A DNA stretch of 64,000 bases from the NCBI GenBank assembly GCA_030390025.1, contig JASTWF010000033.1:6264001-6328000 (forward strand). Reading direction: 5' to 3'. Both the position numbers and the translations under genes were made by a program. This DNA is from Squalus acanthias. Lineage: Eukaryota. Of this stretch, positions 1 to 13,142 are shown one piece after another. The notes under the pieces were generated by a model that did not search any database, was not told where the DNA came from, and saw only the letters and a program-made list of their open reading frames with translations. Numbering within the stretch: position 1 is the stretch's first letter; every line of letters begins with the position of its first letter.

Positions 1-563
1 GACCCTTGGGGATAGAATGGGAGAACAACTCAATCGGAAGTCCATGGGGAAACCATGTTGTGTTGGCCACGGTGGGGGCGGGAGCCTGAGGGTATATATG
101 GATGTGTAAACCCTCGACCAGGCCTACTGAAGAATTAGGTCAATCTTGGGTCCGAATTCCCGGTTTGCAGCCTTTCTCCTGCGTTTGTGTCCGGTGCAGA
201 AAATGCCCCCCCCCTTATCAATGGATGCTGGGTGAAAAGGAGGGAGGGCTGGGCCATGAAATGTGTGTTACTGATCATGTATCGGAATGTGAAAACCGAA
301 CCATAGATACCAGAGAATTCAAATTGAAAGTCCGTTCTAAATTCCACCCACCCCCCGCAAATAAAACACAATCGCGGGAAGAACAAGAAGAAACCCGGGT
401 TGTCTCCCAAACACACTCCGGGGCAGACAAATGGGTTAGTGGTAGTCCCAACTCGGGTATTATACCATGATGTGCCTCACAAGTTGGTGCCTGTGATATT
501 AAATCTGACCGAGGTGGGAATACCGGACTGGTGCAACCCAGAAACAGCGCGATTATATGGGAG

Positions 564-2179
564 TCATAGAGTCATAGAGTTATAAAGCACAGAAAGAGGT
601 CCTTCGGCCCATCGTATCTGCGCCGGCCATCAAGCCCTATCTATTCTAATCCCATTTTCCTGCACTTGGTCCGTAGCCTTGTATGCTATGGCGTTTCAAG
701 TGTTCATCTAAATGCTTCTTGAATGTTGTGAGGGTTCCTGCCTCTACCACCCTTTCAGGCAGTGAGTTCCAGATTCCAACCAAACTCTGGGTGAAAAAGT
801 TTTTCCTCAAATCCCCTCTAAACCTGCTGCCCCTTACCTTGAAACTATGCCCCCTGGTTATTGAGCCCTCTACTAAGGGGAACAGTTCCTTTCTATCTAC
901 CCTATCTATGCCCCTCATAATTTTGTACACCTCAATCAGGTCCCCCCCTCAGCCTTCTCTGCTCGAAGGAAACCAACCCCAGCCTGTCCAGTCTATCTTC
1001 ATAGCTGAAACGCTCCAGCCCAGGTAACACCCTGGTGAATCTCCTCTGCACCCTCTCTAATGTAATCACATCCTTCCTATAGTGTGGCGACCAGAACTGC
1101 ACACAATATTCCAGTTGTGGCCTAACTAGCGTTTTGCACAGCTCCATCATAACCTCCCTGCTCTTATATTCTATGCCTCGGCTAATGAAGGCAAGTATCC
1201 CATATGCCTTCTTAACTAACTTATCTACCTGTCTTGCTGCCTTCAGGGATCTATATACATGCACACCAAAGTCCCTCTGATCCTCTGTCCTTCCTAGGGT
1301 CCTACCATTCATTGTTTATTCCCTTGCCTTGATAGTCCTCCCAAAATGCATCACCTCACACTTTTCAGGGTTAAATTCCATTTGCCACTGTTGTGCCCAT
1401 CTGACCAACCCGTCTATATGGTCCTGTAGCCTAAGGCTTCCCTCCTCGCTATTTACCACTCCACCAATTTTCGTGTCCTCTGCGAACTTTCTGATCATAC
1501 CTCCTACATTCATATCTAAATCATTAATGCACACTACAAACAGCAAGGGACCCAGCACCGATCCCTGCGGTACACCACTGGACACATGCTTCCAGTCACA
1601 AAAACAACCTTCGACCATCACCCTCTGCCTCCTGCTACTAACCCAATTTTGGATCCAATGTGCCAAATTGGCCTGGATCACATAGGCTCTTACCTTCTTG
1701 ACAAGTCTCCCATACCGGACATTGTCAAAAGCCTTACAGAAGTCCATGTAGACCACATCAACTGTACTACCCTCATCCACACACCTAGTCACCTCCTCGA
1801 AAAATTCAATCAAATTGGTTAGACATGATCTCCCCCTGGCAAAGCCATGATGACTATCATTGATTAATCCTTGCCTCTCCAAGTGGAGAGTAATTCTGTC
1901 CCTCAGAATGTTTTCCAATAATTTCCCTACCACTGATGTTAGGCTCACTGGCCTGTAATTCCCTGCTTTATCCCGACTACCCTTCTTGAATAATGGTACT
2001 ATGTTAGCTGTCCTCCAGTCCTCTGTCATCTCCCCTGTGGCCAGAGACGTTCTGAAAATTTGTGTCAGAGCTCCTGCAATCTCCTCCCTTGACTCCCACA
2101 ACAGCCTGGGATACATCTCGTCTGGGCGTGGGGATTTATCCACTTTTAAGCCAGCTAAAACCGATAATACATCCTCTCT
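564..2179 (-). mobile_element. 5'-truncated CR1 (HER1-like) LINE inserted in env 1
   Basis: RT motifs [30 protein letters not shown] and FNPEKC; (CTCTATGA)n tail; env reading resumes on both sides with a GAG overlap. Confidence 0.93.
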
Positions 2180-3531
2180 GAGAATGGTGCGGGAATTAAT
2201 AAAAGTATTTTTGGAAAGAGCCAGCACAACTTTGGTGGAATTGGATTTGGAGCCATTATAACGCAAGGGTTCAGCAGATGGTATTGGATTTAACAATAAT
2301 TTGGGGGAAAATACTGAGATGACTGAAGGAAGCAACGTCGGTTACAGTGTTAAAGGGGAACATATCAGAACGCGACCGGGTCAGATAAATGATGCAGCCA
2401 CTGTTTTTAATACCGGAGCCTCCCTTGTTAATAGTATTGATTTGACTGATTTAGATCAATCCGTAAAGGCAGTTAGAAAACGTGTAAAGTAAATTCTGAA
2501 TAAAATGAATGGTCTGGAACAAGAGGAATTGAAGGTGGACCAAATTATGATACATTCATCTGCAGGACGTGGTTAACTATTTAGAATCTCATGCTAAAAA
2601 GATTAACCAAATTTTAAAGGAGAATCTGAATGCCTCTAGTGAGGCCGCGTGGAATGATGTTTGTGTAATGTATGGATCCTGGTTAGTGGAACAAGCCCCT
2701 GATAACCTGCAGAGCATTGCTGAGGGGAGCTCCTCTTGTGGGTGAATCATCGACCCCTGAGGGCAATGTCCACTTATCAATGTACAATGAATATGTGTAA
2801 AGTCAGGGGGTTGGTACAGGTGAACCCGGTGAAACATGAATGCCATTTGCAGGAACAGAACGACATCACCTTATTAGGGATGGTATTGTATTATCCCATC
2901 CTGCACGTAAAGGCGACCCCGAATCCTCTATTCCGTGTGGAGAATATAGCAGTACGCCAGGGAGACCACTTAGTAAGGTATGACGAACCCCGCAGTATGT
3001 GACCCGGGTGGATGGGACCACATGGGTGGCCCCAGATCTTACCGGGTGCGCTCAAGCTCGGGATACATTCTTCTGCCCTTATGACGTTGTAGTACACGCA
3101 GACCCTGTGTGCGAATTCGATTGGGATGGGATAGAATGGAACTTCACCATGAAAGTAGTTGCAGGAAAGCTTTTCCCCGTACAATCTGCGTACCGAGGGA
3201 AAGGTGAGTATTGTGTCACCACCATACACCGGGAATACTAGTATGGTAAAAGTCTGACTTGTCCCATTGCGTTGGGAACGTTTTGCTTTACCCCAGTTCA
3301 ACCTGTAAGACTTGGGGCGCGGGGTTTATTAAGCATTTATGCACATAGGCAAGTAGATATCGCTGTAGAAGGTCAATTAAAAGAGCAATTACACAAGTAC
3401 GTGACTCGATTCGGCTATGACATTCCACCTCCACCAGAACACCTGGTAGAGTTATTGCAACGAGTTAGTCAGTCTCAAAAGTACTTTTATACCCTGGCCC
3501 AGAAAAAACGGAACGTACGCGAATAAATATT

Positions 3532-4042
3532 GGGCCAGAAATTCGGCTCATTTTGGGTGAGTACGCGCTGTGTACTCACCCGTAAGGCCACCTGAAGTGC
3601 CGGTTTCACGCATGCACTGCGCATGCGCTGGAAACCGGAACTTCCGTTCCCCTGAAGGGAGGGGTTCATAAGTCGAATGCGTGCGCGGTAGAGGCATCGT
3701 GCACGCAGCGAACTTCGTTTTTTTTTTCAGGTTTCTCCGGGAGGGTAAGTATGGAAAAGCTGCACTTTTAAAAAGGAGGCGCAAGGACTGTTTTTAACAA
3801 GGTAAGTGGTTAATTAATTACAAAGAAAGGTAAGTTTATTTTTAGCACCGTTAAAAAGCATAATTAATTTTTTCAAAAATTAAAATTTTTGTTTAAAGTT
3901 GTTAATTTATGTAACTTATATTTATTTTAAAAATGTGATTTAAAAAAAAAATTCTTTGAAGTTTAAGTGTAGTTTTGGGGGCAGATCTCTATTCATAGAT
4001 TTGACAGGTCTTCCAGGAAGCTGGAAAGCCGAATTTCCATCC
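3532..4042. mobile_element. Non-autonomous DNA transposon (MITE, Harbinger-like ends) inserted in env 1
   Basis: Imperfect terminal inverted repeats GGGCCAGAAATTCGGCT ... AGCCGAATTTCCATCC; env homology stops and resumes at these ends. Confidence 0.65.
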
Positions 4043-4291
4043 AATTAGATTGGGGATGTTTCGTCCTGGTGGGATATCGGTATTAGTATTGAGGATTATC
4101 CCTGGATAAGAATTATCTCCCACGTTTTGGTCACTGTTCAGTTGATGATTGTGTTATATTTACTAACGATAACTTGTCAAGTCAACAGACGCCGCAAGCA
4201 TTGGTCAAGCTGTTACAGAAGAGCCCGAAGGAAGAATACAGCCCCTACAAGTTGTAAATGCCTGTGACCCTTGACTTGGGTGCACAGCCAC

Positions 4292-4440
4292 TTCAGGGTG
4301 GACACTGTAGAACACACTATTTGAGGGTGGACACTGTACAACACACTATTTGAGGGTGGACACTGTAGAACACACTATTTGAGGGTGGACACTGTACAAC
4401 TCACTTTTTGAGGGTGGACACTGTAGAACACAGTATTTGC
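4292..4440 (+). repeat. 29-bp tandem repeat, about 5 copies, downstream of env 1
   Basis: Unit TTGAGGGTGGACACTGTA(G/C)AACACACTAT. Confidence 0.9.
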
Positions 4441-4703
4441 TGTAACAGTTGATCAAATTTTACCATCATGCTTCGCGAGGACAATGACAGCTTGCTGTGA
4501 GAACTTTACAAAATAAACTGTTTACCTTGTAAACTGCAAAAGCTGGCAATTGCCTTTCAACAGATATGGAAAACAAGCTTATTGAGGTTCTGTGGGAACA
4601 CGCTATTGACTGTGAAATCAGTGCAATAATGAAACATCTTCAGATTATGGAATGTACCGAACCTTGAGGACCAAAGTTGCTTAACGAACTAGTGATAGGA
4701 GGG

Positions 4704-5119
4704 TGTGAGAAACACTTAATGAGCATTATGCCATATAGTTAGAAAGATGAAGACTATGGGCGAGTTGGCAAGTTTTGGGGTATAAGTTTTGTTGGACACT
4801 GATATTCGGGGCTATAGTCGAAGTTACCTGGTCAGGATCCAGTTACAGTTAGTCATACATCTCGTCATCGTTGAATTGACCTCTCATCTGGTGAATAGTA
4901 TGTATGTGCATTTGTTACAATCACCTGAGCTTAATGTCAATGATTTTAGATGTTGCTTGTGATAAGTGCATGACTTCAGTACAGTTTGTATTCTGGGAAT
5001 TACTGGTAACCTCTTGTTGATTTTTAAGTAAAAGAAGTTTCACAGGTTCATTGGGTTTGGTGTTGTCTGTTCCCCCAGTCGGAACTCTATAAACTCTCAG
5101 ACAATCAGAACGTCTTACA
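4704..5119 (+). repeat. Putative 3' LTR of ERV 1
   Basis: Purine tract AGTGATAGGAGGG is immediately followed by TGTGAG..., and the segment ends ...CTTACA (imperfect inverted ends) just before the satellite. The partner LTR is outside the window, so this is unverified. Confidence 0.5.
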
Positions 5120-7341
5120 GGATTGACTGAGTCCTCCTCCAGAGGGGACTGACCGAGACCTCCTCCAGAGGAGACTGACCGGGACCTCATCCAGAGGGGA
5201 CTGACCGAGACCTCCTCCAGAGGGGACTGACCGAGACCTCCTCCAGAGGAGACTGACCGGGACCTCATCCAGAGGAGACGGTCCAAGACCTTGTCCAGAG
5301 GGGACTGACCGAGACCTCCTCCAGAGGGGACTGACCGAGACCTCCTCCAGAGGAGACTGACCGGGACCTCATCCAGAGGAGACGGTCCAAGACCTTGTCC
5401 AGAGGGGACTGACCGAGACCTCCTCCAGAGGGGACTGACTGAGACCTCCTCCAGATAGACCGAGACCTCCTCCAGAGACTGACCGAGACCTCCTCCAGAG
5501 GGGACTGACTGAGACCTCCTCCAGAGACTGACTGAGACCTCCTCCAGAGGAGACTGACCGGGACCTTCTCCAGAGGAGACTGACTGAGACCATTTCCAGA
5601 GGAGACTGACCGGGACCTTCTCCAGAGGAGACTGACCGAGACCTTCTCCAGAGGAGACTGACCTGGACCTTCTCCTGTGGAGACTGACCGAGACCTCCTC
5701 CAGAGGAGACTGACCGGGACCTTCTCCAGAGGAGACTGACTGAGACCATTTCCAGAGGAGACTGACCGGGACCTTCTCCAGAGGAGACTGACCGAGACCT
5801 TCTCCAGAGGAGACTGACCTGGACCTTCTCCTGTGGAGACTGACCGAGACCTCCTCCAGAGGAGACTGACCGAGACCTCCTCCAGATGGGACTGACCGAG
5901 ACCTCCTCCAGAGGACACTGACCGTGACCTTCTCCTGTGGAGACTGACCGAGACCTCCTCCAGAGAGACTGACCGAGACCTCCTCCAGATGAGACTGACC
6001 GGGACCTTCTCCAGAGGACACTGACCGTGACCTTCTCCTGTGGAGACTGACCGAGACCTCCTCCAGAGGAGACTGACCGAGACCTCCTCCAGATGAGACT
6101 GACCGGGACCTTCTCCAGAGGAGACTGACCGAGACCTCCTCCAGAAGGGACTACCGAGACCTCCTCCTGAGGACACTGACCGTGACCTCCTCCAGAAGGG
6201 ACTGACCGAGACCTCCTCCAGAGGACACTGACCGTGACCTCCTCCAGAGGACACTGACCGTGACCTCCTCCAGATGGGACCGACCGAGACCTCCTCCAGA
6301 GACTGACCGAGACCTCCTCCAGAAGGGACTGACCGAGGCCTCCTCCAGAGGGGACTGACCGAGACCCTCTCCAGAGACTGACCGAGACCTTCTCCAGAAG
6401 GGACTGACCGAGGCCTCCTCCAGAGGAGACTGACCGAGACACTCTCCAGAGACTGACCGAGACCTCCTCCAGAAGGGACTGACCGAGACCTCCTCCAGAG
6501 GAGACTTACCGAGACCTCCCCCAGAAGGGACTGACCGAGACCTTCGCCAGAGGAGACTACCGAAGCCCCCTTGTGAGCGGACTGACCGAGGCCTCCTCCA
6601 GATGAGACTGAGCGAGATCTCTTCCAGATGAGACTGACTGAGACCTGCTCCATATGAGACTGACCGAGGCCTCCTCCAGATGAGACTGAGCGAGATCTCT
6701 TCCAGAGGAGACTGACTGAGACCTGCTCCATATGAGACTGACCGAGGCCTCCTCCAGATGAGACTGAGCGAGATCTCTTCCAGAAGAGACTGACCGTGGC
6801 CTCCTCCAATGAGACGAGCTCCTCCAGAGGGGACTGACCGAGACCTCCTCCAGAGGGGACTGACCGAGACCTCCTCCAGAGGGGACTGACCGAGACCTCC
6901 TCCAGAGGGGACTGACCGAGACCTCCTCCAGAGGGGACTGACCGAGACCTCCCCCAGAGGGGACTGGCCGAGACCTCCTCCAGAGGGGACTGACCGAGAC
7001 CTCCTCCAGAGGGACTGACCGAGCCCTCCCCAGAGGGGACTGACCGAGGTCTCCTCGAGAGGGGACTGACCGAGACCTCTCCAGAGGGGACTGACCGAGA
7101 CCTCCTCGAGAGGGGACTGACCGAGACCTCCTCCAGCGGGGACTGACCGAGACCTCCCCAGAGGGGACTGACCGAGACCTCCTCCAGAGGGGACTGACCG
7201 AGCCCTCCTCCAGAGGGGACTGACCGAGCCCTCCTCCAGAGGGGACTGACCGAGCCCTCCTCGAGAGGGGACTGACCGAGACCTCCTCGAGAGGGGACTG
7301 ACCGAGACCTCCTCGAGAGGGGACTGACCGAGGCCTCCTCC
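5120..7341. repeat. 26-bp minisatellite array (~2.2 kb)
   Basis: Unit GAGGGGACTGACCGAGACCTCCTCCA with variant blocks. Confidence 0.97.
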
Positions 7342-7654
7342 ACAGGTTGTAGTATATGGGGCCCACCTGAGTTCTGCTTGTTTATTACCTGGCGTTTAAT
7401 TTCCTCTCTGGGCCCTGGTTTTGTTACCTCGGGTTAACAAGTCCCTGTTCGATTGTGGCCCTTGTGTTTTAAAGAGGTTAAAGCCTGGGGTTAAAGTAGC
7501 CCGGCCTGCAATGTGAAAAACATGTTAACTCAGTGTGTGATGAATAGGGGCAGAGAGGAAATTAAAGTTGGAAACGTGATCCGGTGGATGGACATTTCAA
7601 AATAATGCTTGTGTTTCGGAGCGATGCGACAACTTTGATGGAACATTGAGGCCA

Positions 7655-7955
7655 TTTGACGGGTTCTGATGGAGTAAATAGGGAGAAACTATTTCCGGGG
7701 CAGGAGGCTGGGTTACCAAAAGACACAGGTTTTAAATAATTAGCAAAAGAAACAGAGCAGAGATCAGGAGGATGTTTTCTGCAGCGAGTTGTTCTGATCT
7801 GGAATGCACTTCCTGAAAGGGTGGTGGAGGCAGATTGTACTTGTATACTTGTTGAGACAAAGTTTGCAGGGCTACGAGGAGAGAGACTAATTGGATCGCT
7901 CTTTCAAAGAGCCGGCACAGGCAGGATGGGCCGAATGAGCTGTATGATTCTATGA
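7655..7955 (+). mobile_element. Old CR1 LINE 3' fragment
   Basis: CAGCGAGTTG..ATCTGGAATGCACTTCCTGAAAGGGTGGTGGAGGCAGATT and the GGGCCGAATG..GATTCTATGA tail are typical of CR1 3' ends. Confidence 0.75.
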
Positions 7956-8317
7956 TGTGTTGCAGATTGATGGGGGCCATTTTGCTGCAGGGTGATGTTG
8001 ACCATTTTGCGACAGGTTCATGGCGGCCATTTTCCGTTGCCTGTGGGACGCCATTTTTAGAGTCCCAGCTGCTCTCTTTTGCTGACACTCAGTCTCACCA
8101 TCTTATGTAAATTGTATATCCAGCCTCCCGAGTAAGACCACCCGCTTCAATAGACCGACAGGTCGAGTCTACAGTGTCGTTTGGAGAAGGTGGGATGTAC
8201 TTTTGAGGAACCTTTATTTAATGTATTCAAAGAATGAAGCCAGTTTTTTATGAAAATTAGGAGGAGACCAGGCGCGAGCTGAAGTAAGCGGTGGAGTTTT
8301 ATTAACAAAACACAGGG

Positions 8318-8585
8318 ACAACAACAATAACTTGCATTTATATAGCGGCTTTAATGTAATGAAACGTCACGAGGAAATTATCAGACAAAATTCGACACTG
8401 AGCCACTGGTAGGTTTTAAGAAGCGTTTAAAGGAGGAGGAGGAAGAGGTAGAGCTGCGAAAAGGTTTGGGGGGGAATTCCAGAGTTTAGGGCCTTGGCAG
8501 ATGAAGTCATGGCGCCAATGTGGAACGATGAAAATCGAGGATATGCAACAGGTCAGAGGAGTGGAGAGGTCTCGGAGGGTTGTAC
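8318..8585 (-). mobile_element. L2-type LINE 3' fragment
   Basis: AACAACAA..CTTGCATTTATATAGCG..TTTAA terminus and a KLWNSxP motif; the same terminus occurs at 18368 and 48346. Confidence 0.7.
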
Positions 8586-8905
8586 GGACACTTGTTACAG
8601 AGTCTGACACCTCACTGGGAGAGACACACATTGTACACACGGACACTTGTTAGAGAGTCTGACTCCTCACTGGGAGAGACACACACTGTACACAGGGACA
8701 CTTGTTACAGAGTCTGACTCCTCACTGGGAGAGACACACACTGTACACAGGGACACTTGTTGCAGAATCTGACTCCTCACTGGGAGAGACACACACTGTT
8801 TACAGTGAAACGTGTTACAGAGTCCGACTCCTCATTGGGAGAGACCCACTCTGTACACAGGGACACTTGTTACAAAGTCCGAGTCCTCACTGGGAGAGAC
8901 ACCCT
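8586..8905. repeat. 55-bp tandem repeat (~6 copies) downstream of the NLR stop codon
   Basis: Unit GGACACTTGTTACAGAGTCTGACTCCTCACTGGGAGAGACACACACTGTACACAG. Confidence 0.92.
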
Positions 8906-9373
8906 GGAATACTGAGTGCAATTATCAGTGTCCCACTGCAGCCCAGACTGAGCCCCACTCTGGGCCCTTCCTGTCTGTGCATTTCCCCAGTGTCCCATTG
9001 GGGAACATTCAGCACCGGATATCCTGCAGAAACAGCGCTGTGGGGCCGCGCGGCTGTGTCTCAGGTCCCTGTGGCTGGGCCTCTGACCTCACAATCGGAG
9101 ATGACGCACGCTCTCACACTATCACTCTCAGTCCGGGTCTTGTTCCCTGCAGAGACTTCAGCTGTTTCTGTCCATTTGATCTGAAGTGATTCCCCACCAG
9201 CCTGAAACAGATTAAAGTTTAAACAGGAAATAAACAGATTGAACAACAGTGTAAATAAAAGGGAGACTGGGGTTAATATTTCAATAATTATTACAGACAA
9301 ATATTACAAATAACAGTGGCTGAATCCCATTTATATTATATTTATTACATTAAACATTTACACAAACACTCAC

Positions 9374-10709
9374 TCGATCAGCTCCAGACTCCTGCAGGTC
9401 AGTATGAGGCGGCGGATAGCGGGAACAGATCGGTCTGTGAAGAGGTTTGATTTCAGGTTCAGCTCCGTCAGTGACTGGTTAGTACTGAGAGCGGAGGCGA
9501 GATCCTCGGCACAAGAATCTGTGAGACCGTTACCCCACAGCCTGGGGATCAGAGAGAGAGAGTTATAACAGGTATTCAGAGTAAATCTCCAGTGTTTATT
9601 AATAACACTATTACTGATACTAATAATAATGTACAGTGTCAGATATCCAGTTATTATAAACACAATCTCACACAGTCTGGTACTTACTGCAGTTTCTGTA
9701 TTTTACAGTCCGGGTTCCTCAGAGCCGCAGACAGTAGTTTAACTCCTGAATCTCCCAGTTTATTATTACTCAGGTTCAGAACCGACAGTGACTGGTTTGT
9801 ACTGAGAGTGGAGACGAGATCCTCGGCACAAGAATCTGTGAGACTGTTACCCCACAGCCTAGGGATCAGAGAGATAAATAACAGGAATCAGGATAAATCC
9901 ACAGTGTTTATTAATAACACTATTAATGATAATAATAATAATGTACAGTGTCAGATATCCAGTTATTATAAACACAATCTCACACAGTCTGGTACTTACT
10001 GCAGTTTCTGTATTTTATTGTCCGGGTTCCTCAGAGCCGCAGACAGGAGTTTTACTCCTGAATCTCCCAATTTATTATTGTTCAGGTTCAGCTCCGTCAG
10101 TGACCGTTTTGTAATGAGAGTGGAGGCGAGATCCTCAGCACAAGAATCTGTGAGACCGACACCATCCAACCTGGGGACCAGAGAGAAAAATAAGAGGAAT
10201 CAGAGACAATTCGCACTGTTTATTAATAACACTATTACTTATTTTATTAATAATTTGCAGCGTCAGACATCCAGTTATTATAAACACAATCTCACACAGT
10301 CTGGTACTTACCACAGTTCCTGTATTTTACAGTCCGGGTTCCTCAGAGCCGCAGACAATAGTTTCACTCCTGAATCTCCCAGTTTATTATCACTCAGGTT
10401 CAGATCCGTCAGTGACTGGTTTGTACTGAGAGCGGAGGCGAGATCCTCGGCACAAGAATCTGTGAGACCGACTTCAGCCAACCTGGGATCAAAGAGAGAA
10501 ATAACAGGAATCAGGGTAAATCTCCAGGGTTTATTAATAACACTATCATTGGCACTAATAATAATGTAAAGTGTCAGACATCCAGTTATTAGAAACACAC
10601 TCACTCATAATTTGGTACTCACCTCAGTTTTTGTATTTTACAGTCCGGGTTCCTCAGAGCCGCAGACAGTAGTTTGACGCCAGAATCTCCCAGTTTATTG
10701 TCACTCAGT
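9374..10709 (-). repeat. Tandemly duplicated LRR exon+intron modules (~312-bp period)
   Basis: Three 171-bp exons and one 168-bp exon encode GLTDSCAEDLASALSTNQSLT.L.L..N.LGDSGVKLLSAALRNPDCKIQ.L, with near-identical GT-AG introns. Confidence 0.9.
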
Positions 10710-10849
10710 CGAAACACAAACAGAGAGAGAGAAACAAACTGAGTCAAACACCGGATCTGATATATTTTTCTCTCTCGGATATTACAACAATCACTGAAAG
10801 TGCTTCAGGAAATTAATAACCCGGTTTTCCCCCGCGATTTCCCTACCTG

Positions 10850-11532
10850 GGTGGATCGGGTGCGGCCGGGTACGGATCCGGGTCGGGTGCGGCCGGTGGC
10901 GGGTCAGGAGCGGCCGGGGTCGGGGGCGGGTCGGTGGCGGCCGGGGTCGGTGGCGGGTCGGGTGCGGTCGGGCTCGGTGGCGGTTCGGGTGCGGCCGGGG
11001 TCGGTGGCGGGTCGAGTGCGGTCGGGTGCAGCAAGGGTCGGGGCCGGATCGGGTGTGGCCGGGGTCGGTGGCGGGTCGGGTGCGGCCGGGGTCGGTGGCG
11101 GGTCGAGTGCGGTCGGGTGCAGCAAGGGTCGGGGCCGGATCGGGTGTGGCCGGGGTCGGTGGCGGGTCGGGTGCGGCCGGGGTCGGTGGCGGGTCGGGTG
11201 CGGCCGGTTCGGTGGCGGATTGGGTGCGGCCGGGGTCGGTGGCGGGTCGGGTGCGGCCGGGGTCGGTGGCGGGTCGAGTGCGGTCGGGTGCAGCAAGGGT
11301 CGGGGCCGGATCGGGTGTGGCCGGAGTCGGTGGCGGGTCGAGTGCAGTCGGGTGCAGCCCGGGTCGGGGGCGGATCGGGTGCGGCCGGGGTCGGTGGCGG
11401 GTCGGGTGCTGCCGGCGTCGGGTCGGGTGCGGCCGGGGTCGGTGGCGGGTCGGGTGCAGCCGGTTCGGTGGCGGGTTGGGTGCGGCCGGGGTCGGTGGCG
11501 GGTCGGGTGCGGCCGGGGTCGGGGGCGGGTCG
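10850..11532. repeat. 27-bp CpG-rich minisatellite in the NLR intron
   Basis: Unit GGTCGGGTGCGGCCGGGGTCGGTGGCG with interspersed variant units. Confidence 0.95.
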
Positions 11533-13142
11533 CGGCCTCGCTCTGGAGAATTGGAGGAAGCGGCTTTGATGACGTAATTTGATGACTCGCACATTGAGTT
11601 TACCCATTGTGATGTCAGTGTTCTACAGTATTGAGGTTCTGCAAACACTGACAACATCTGCACAGAGGAGCTCGGCTGCACCCAGGCTCTCCCATAACTC
11701 CCTCTATATGCTTATCGAGGGAGCCACAGCACGCAGGGAGGTTCTCTTCACTTCCAATGTGCGGAAGAGACCAACACAGCCTGGTTGCACATTGCACAGT
11801 GAGGCTCAAGCAGGAATGTCGTCAGGAGGATCAGCCTGCAGTGGTGCAAACCTTTCAATGGTCTCAGTAGATTACAAAACGTTACTGTAAAGCCACACTT
11901 AAACTCATCCTTCTGTGCCACTCATCACATCCCCTTCACTCTGCCTTCCCTACCCTACTCCTGTACATTCTTACTCATACCAACTTACCTTGCACCTCCA
12001 CCCATCCCTCTCTATCTATATTATCACATCCCCATCTCACTAGCCACCCCTCACGCTCACTCTAATCCTAGTCCAAACATATCAACTAACAACACACAAG
12101 GGTAGGCCATTGTGTGTTTTATCCAATGTTCATGAGAAGTTTCTGTTAATGTGATGTCAAACATTGAAATCTTTATTTTCAACACTTTTCATTCTTCGAC
12201 AGATTTGTGTGAACCTTTGGATGTGGCTTAGTGAGTTGCAGTGAATGGTGAGACATAACGGTACCCCCCGCAATGCTGATGAGTGTGACAGTAATGGTTT
12301 GGTCTTTGTAGGGATGATTTATGTTGTTGGTGTCGGCTGATGGCAACCTGGAGCAGCATGTGGCATCCAGGGCGTGCAGCGTCAAGTGACGTAATTCTGG
12401 CCATGGCGAGTCCATCTCTCGTGTCCCGGTCAGCAATGTGGTCGGGTGTTGATGCCCTCTGTGCTGTGCAGCATCATGAGTTGCGGAACAGGTTGGTGTT
12501 GTTGTTGGTGCTGCTGGTGTGCCTGGTACTGCTGGTGTTGGGGCTGATCGTGGTGGGACTCTGAGGCTCAAGTTGAGACAGTATAATCCATACCCATGCT
12601 GATGTAATAGATGGCAGGTGAACTTGAGATGACAGAAGCAATCTGTCAATGGTGAGAGAGGTTGTTGCAGTGAGGTGACACTGGATAGAGAGTTTGCTCC
12701 AAACACTTGCAACCTGCAATCTGTCTTCAAAATGCAGGAAGCAACAGCTTCTGAGCTGGGAAAGTGAACAGCTGTGAGTATGGGAGCTTTTATAACACAT
12801 TCCAGCTGTCAAGTAATGAGATGATTCCATGGCCATTCAACTCCCGCACTGCTTACCTGACGTGATCCCCGAGCAGCGTGGACCATCTGTGCGACCTGGT
12901 AAGCTCTGAAGGTGAGCTAAAATAGTTGTTAATCCTTTGTTAACAATGTCATAATGATCTGAATTGCCTCCCCCGTCGCTGCGTCGGATCTGCCAAGCAC
13001 TAACAGACCCGACATTTGGGAAAGGCGCATGGCGGGGGGTTGACAGCGGGGTCCCGAGCCGCTGGGGAAAAATCTAGTTTCCCACCCGAGCCGCCAATGT
13101 TCGTGCCCGCTGACCCCTGCGAAATTCCCCCATATTCCTGCC
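11533..13142. mobile_element. Harbinger/PIF-like DNA transposon remnant in the NLR intron
   Basis: The + strand APRLSHNSLYMLIEGATARREVLF resembles the Myb/SANT-like protein of Harbingers; the right end GAAATTCCCCCATATTCCTGCC resembles the TIR at 15022. Confidence 0.5.

Larger units (their letters stand above)
1..4267 (+). pseudogene. env: Decayed env of endogenous retrovirus 1 (lokiretrovirus-like, class I fusion protein), 5'-truncated by the window edge and split by two insertions
   Basis: The pieces are collinear with and homologous to the env at 28758-30006. They include MLCWPRWGREPEGIYGC (55-105), NGLVVVPTRVLYHDVPHKLVPVILNLTEVGIPDWCNPETARLYG|RMVRELI (across the CR1), RTRP-GQINDAATVFNTGASLVNSIDL (from 2367), Cys-rich GCAQARDTFFCP, GYDIPPPPEHLVELLQRVSQSQKYFYTL and the TM region WWDIGISIEDYPWIRIISHVLVTVQLMIVLYLL. 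The stop is at 4265-4267. Many internal stops and frameshifts. Confidence 0.85.

Noticed and set aside
4921..7366. Long ORFs (up to 692 aa) rich in SRSVPSGGGLGQ
   Set aside because: They are translations of the 26-bp satellite; the same peptide cycles through all three frames.
9592..10569. 325-aa plus-strand ORF
   Set aside because: Antisense shadow of the repeated LRR exon/intron modules.
10791..11681. Pro/Ala-rich ORFs in all six frames
   Set aside because: Stop-free 27-bp GC-rich repeat inside an intron.
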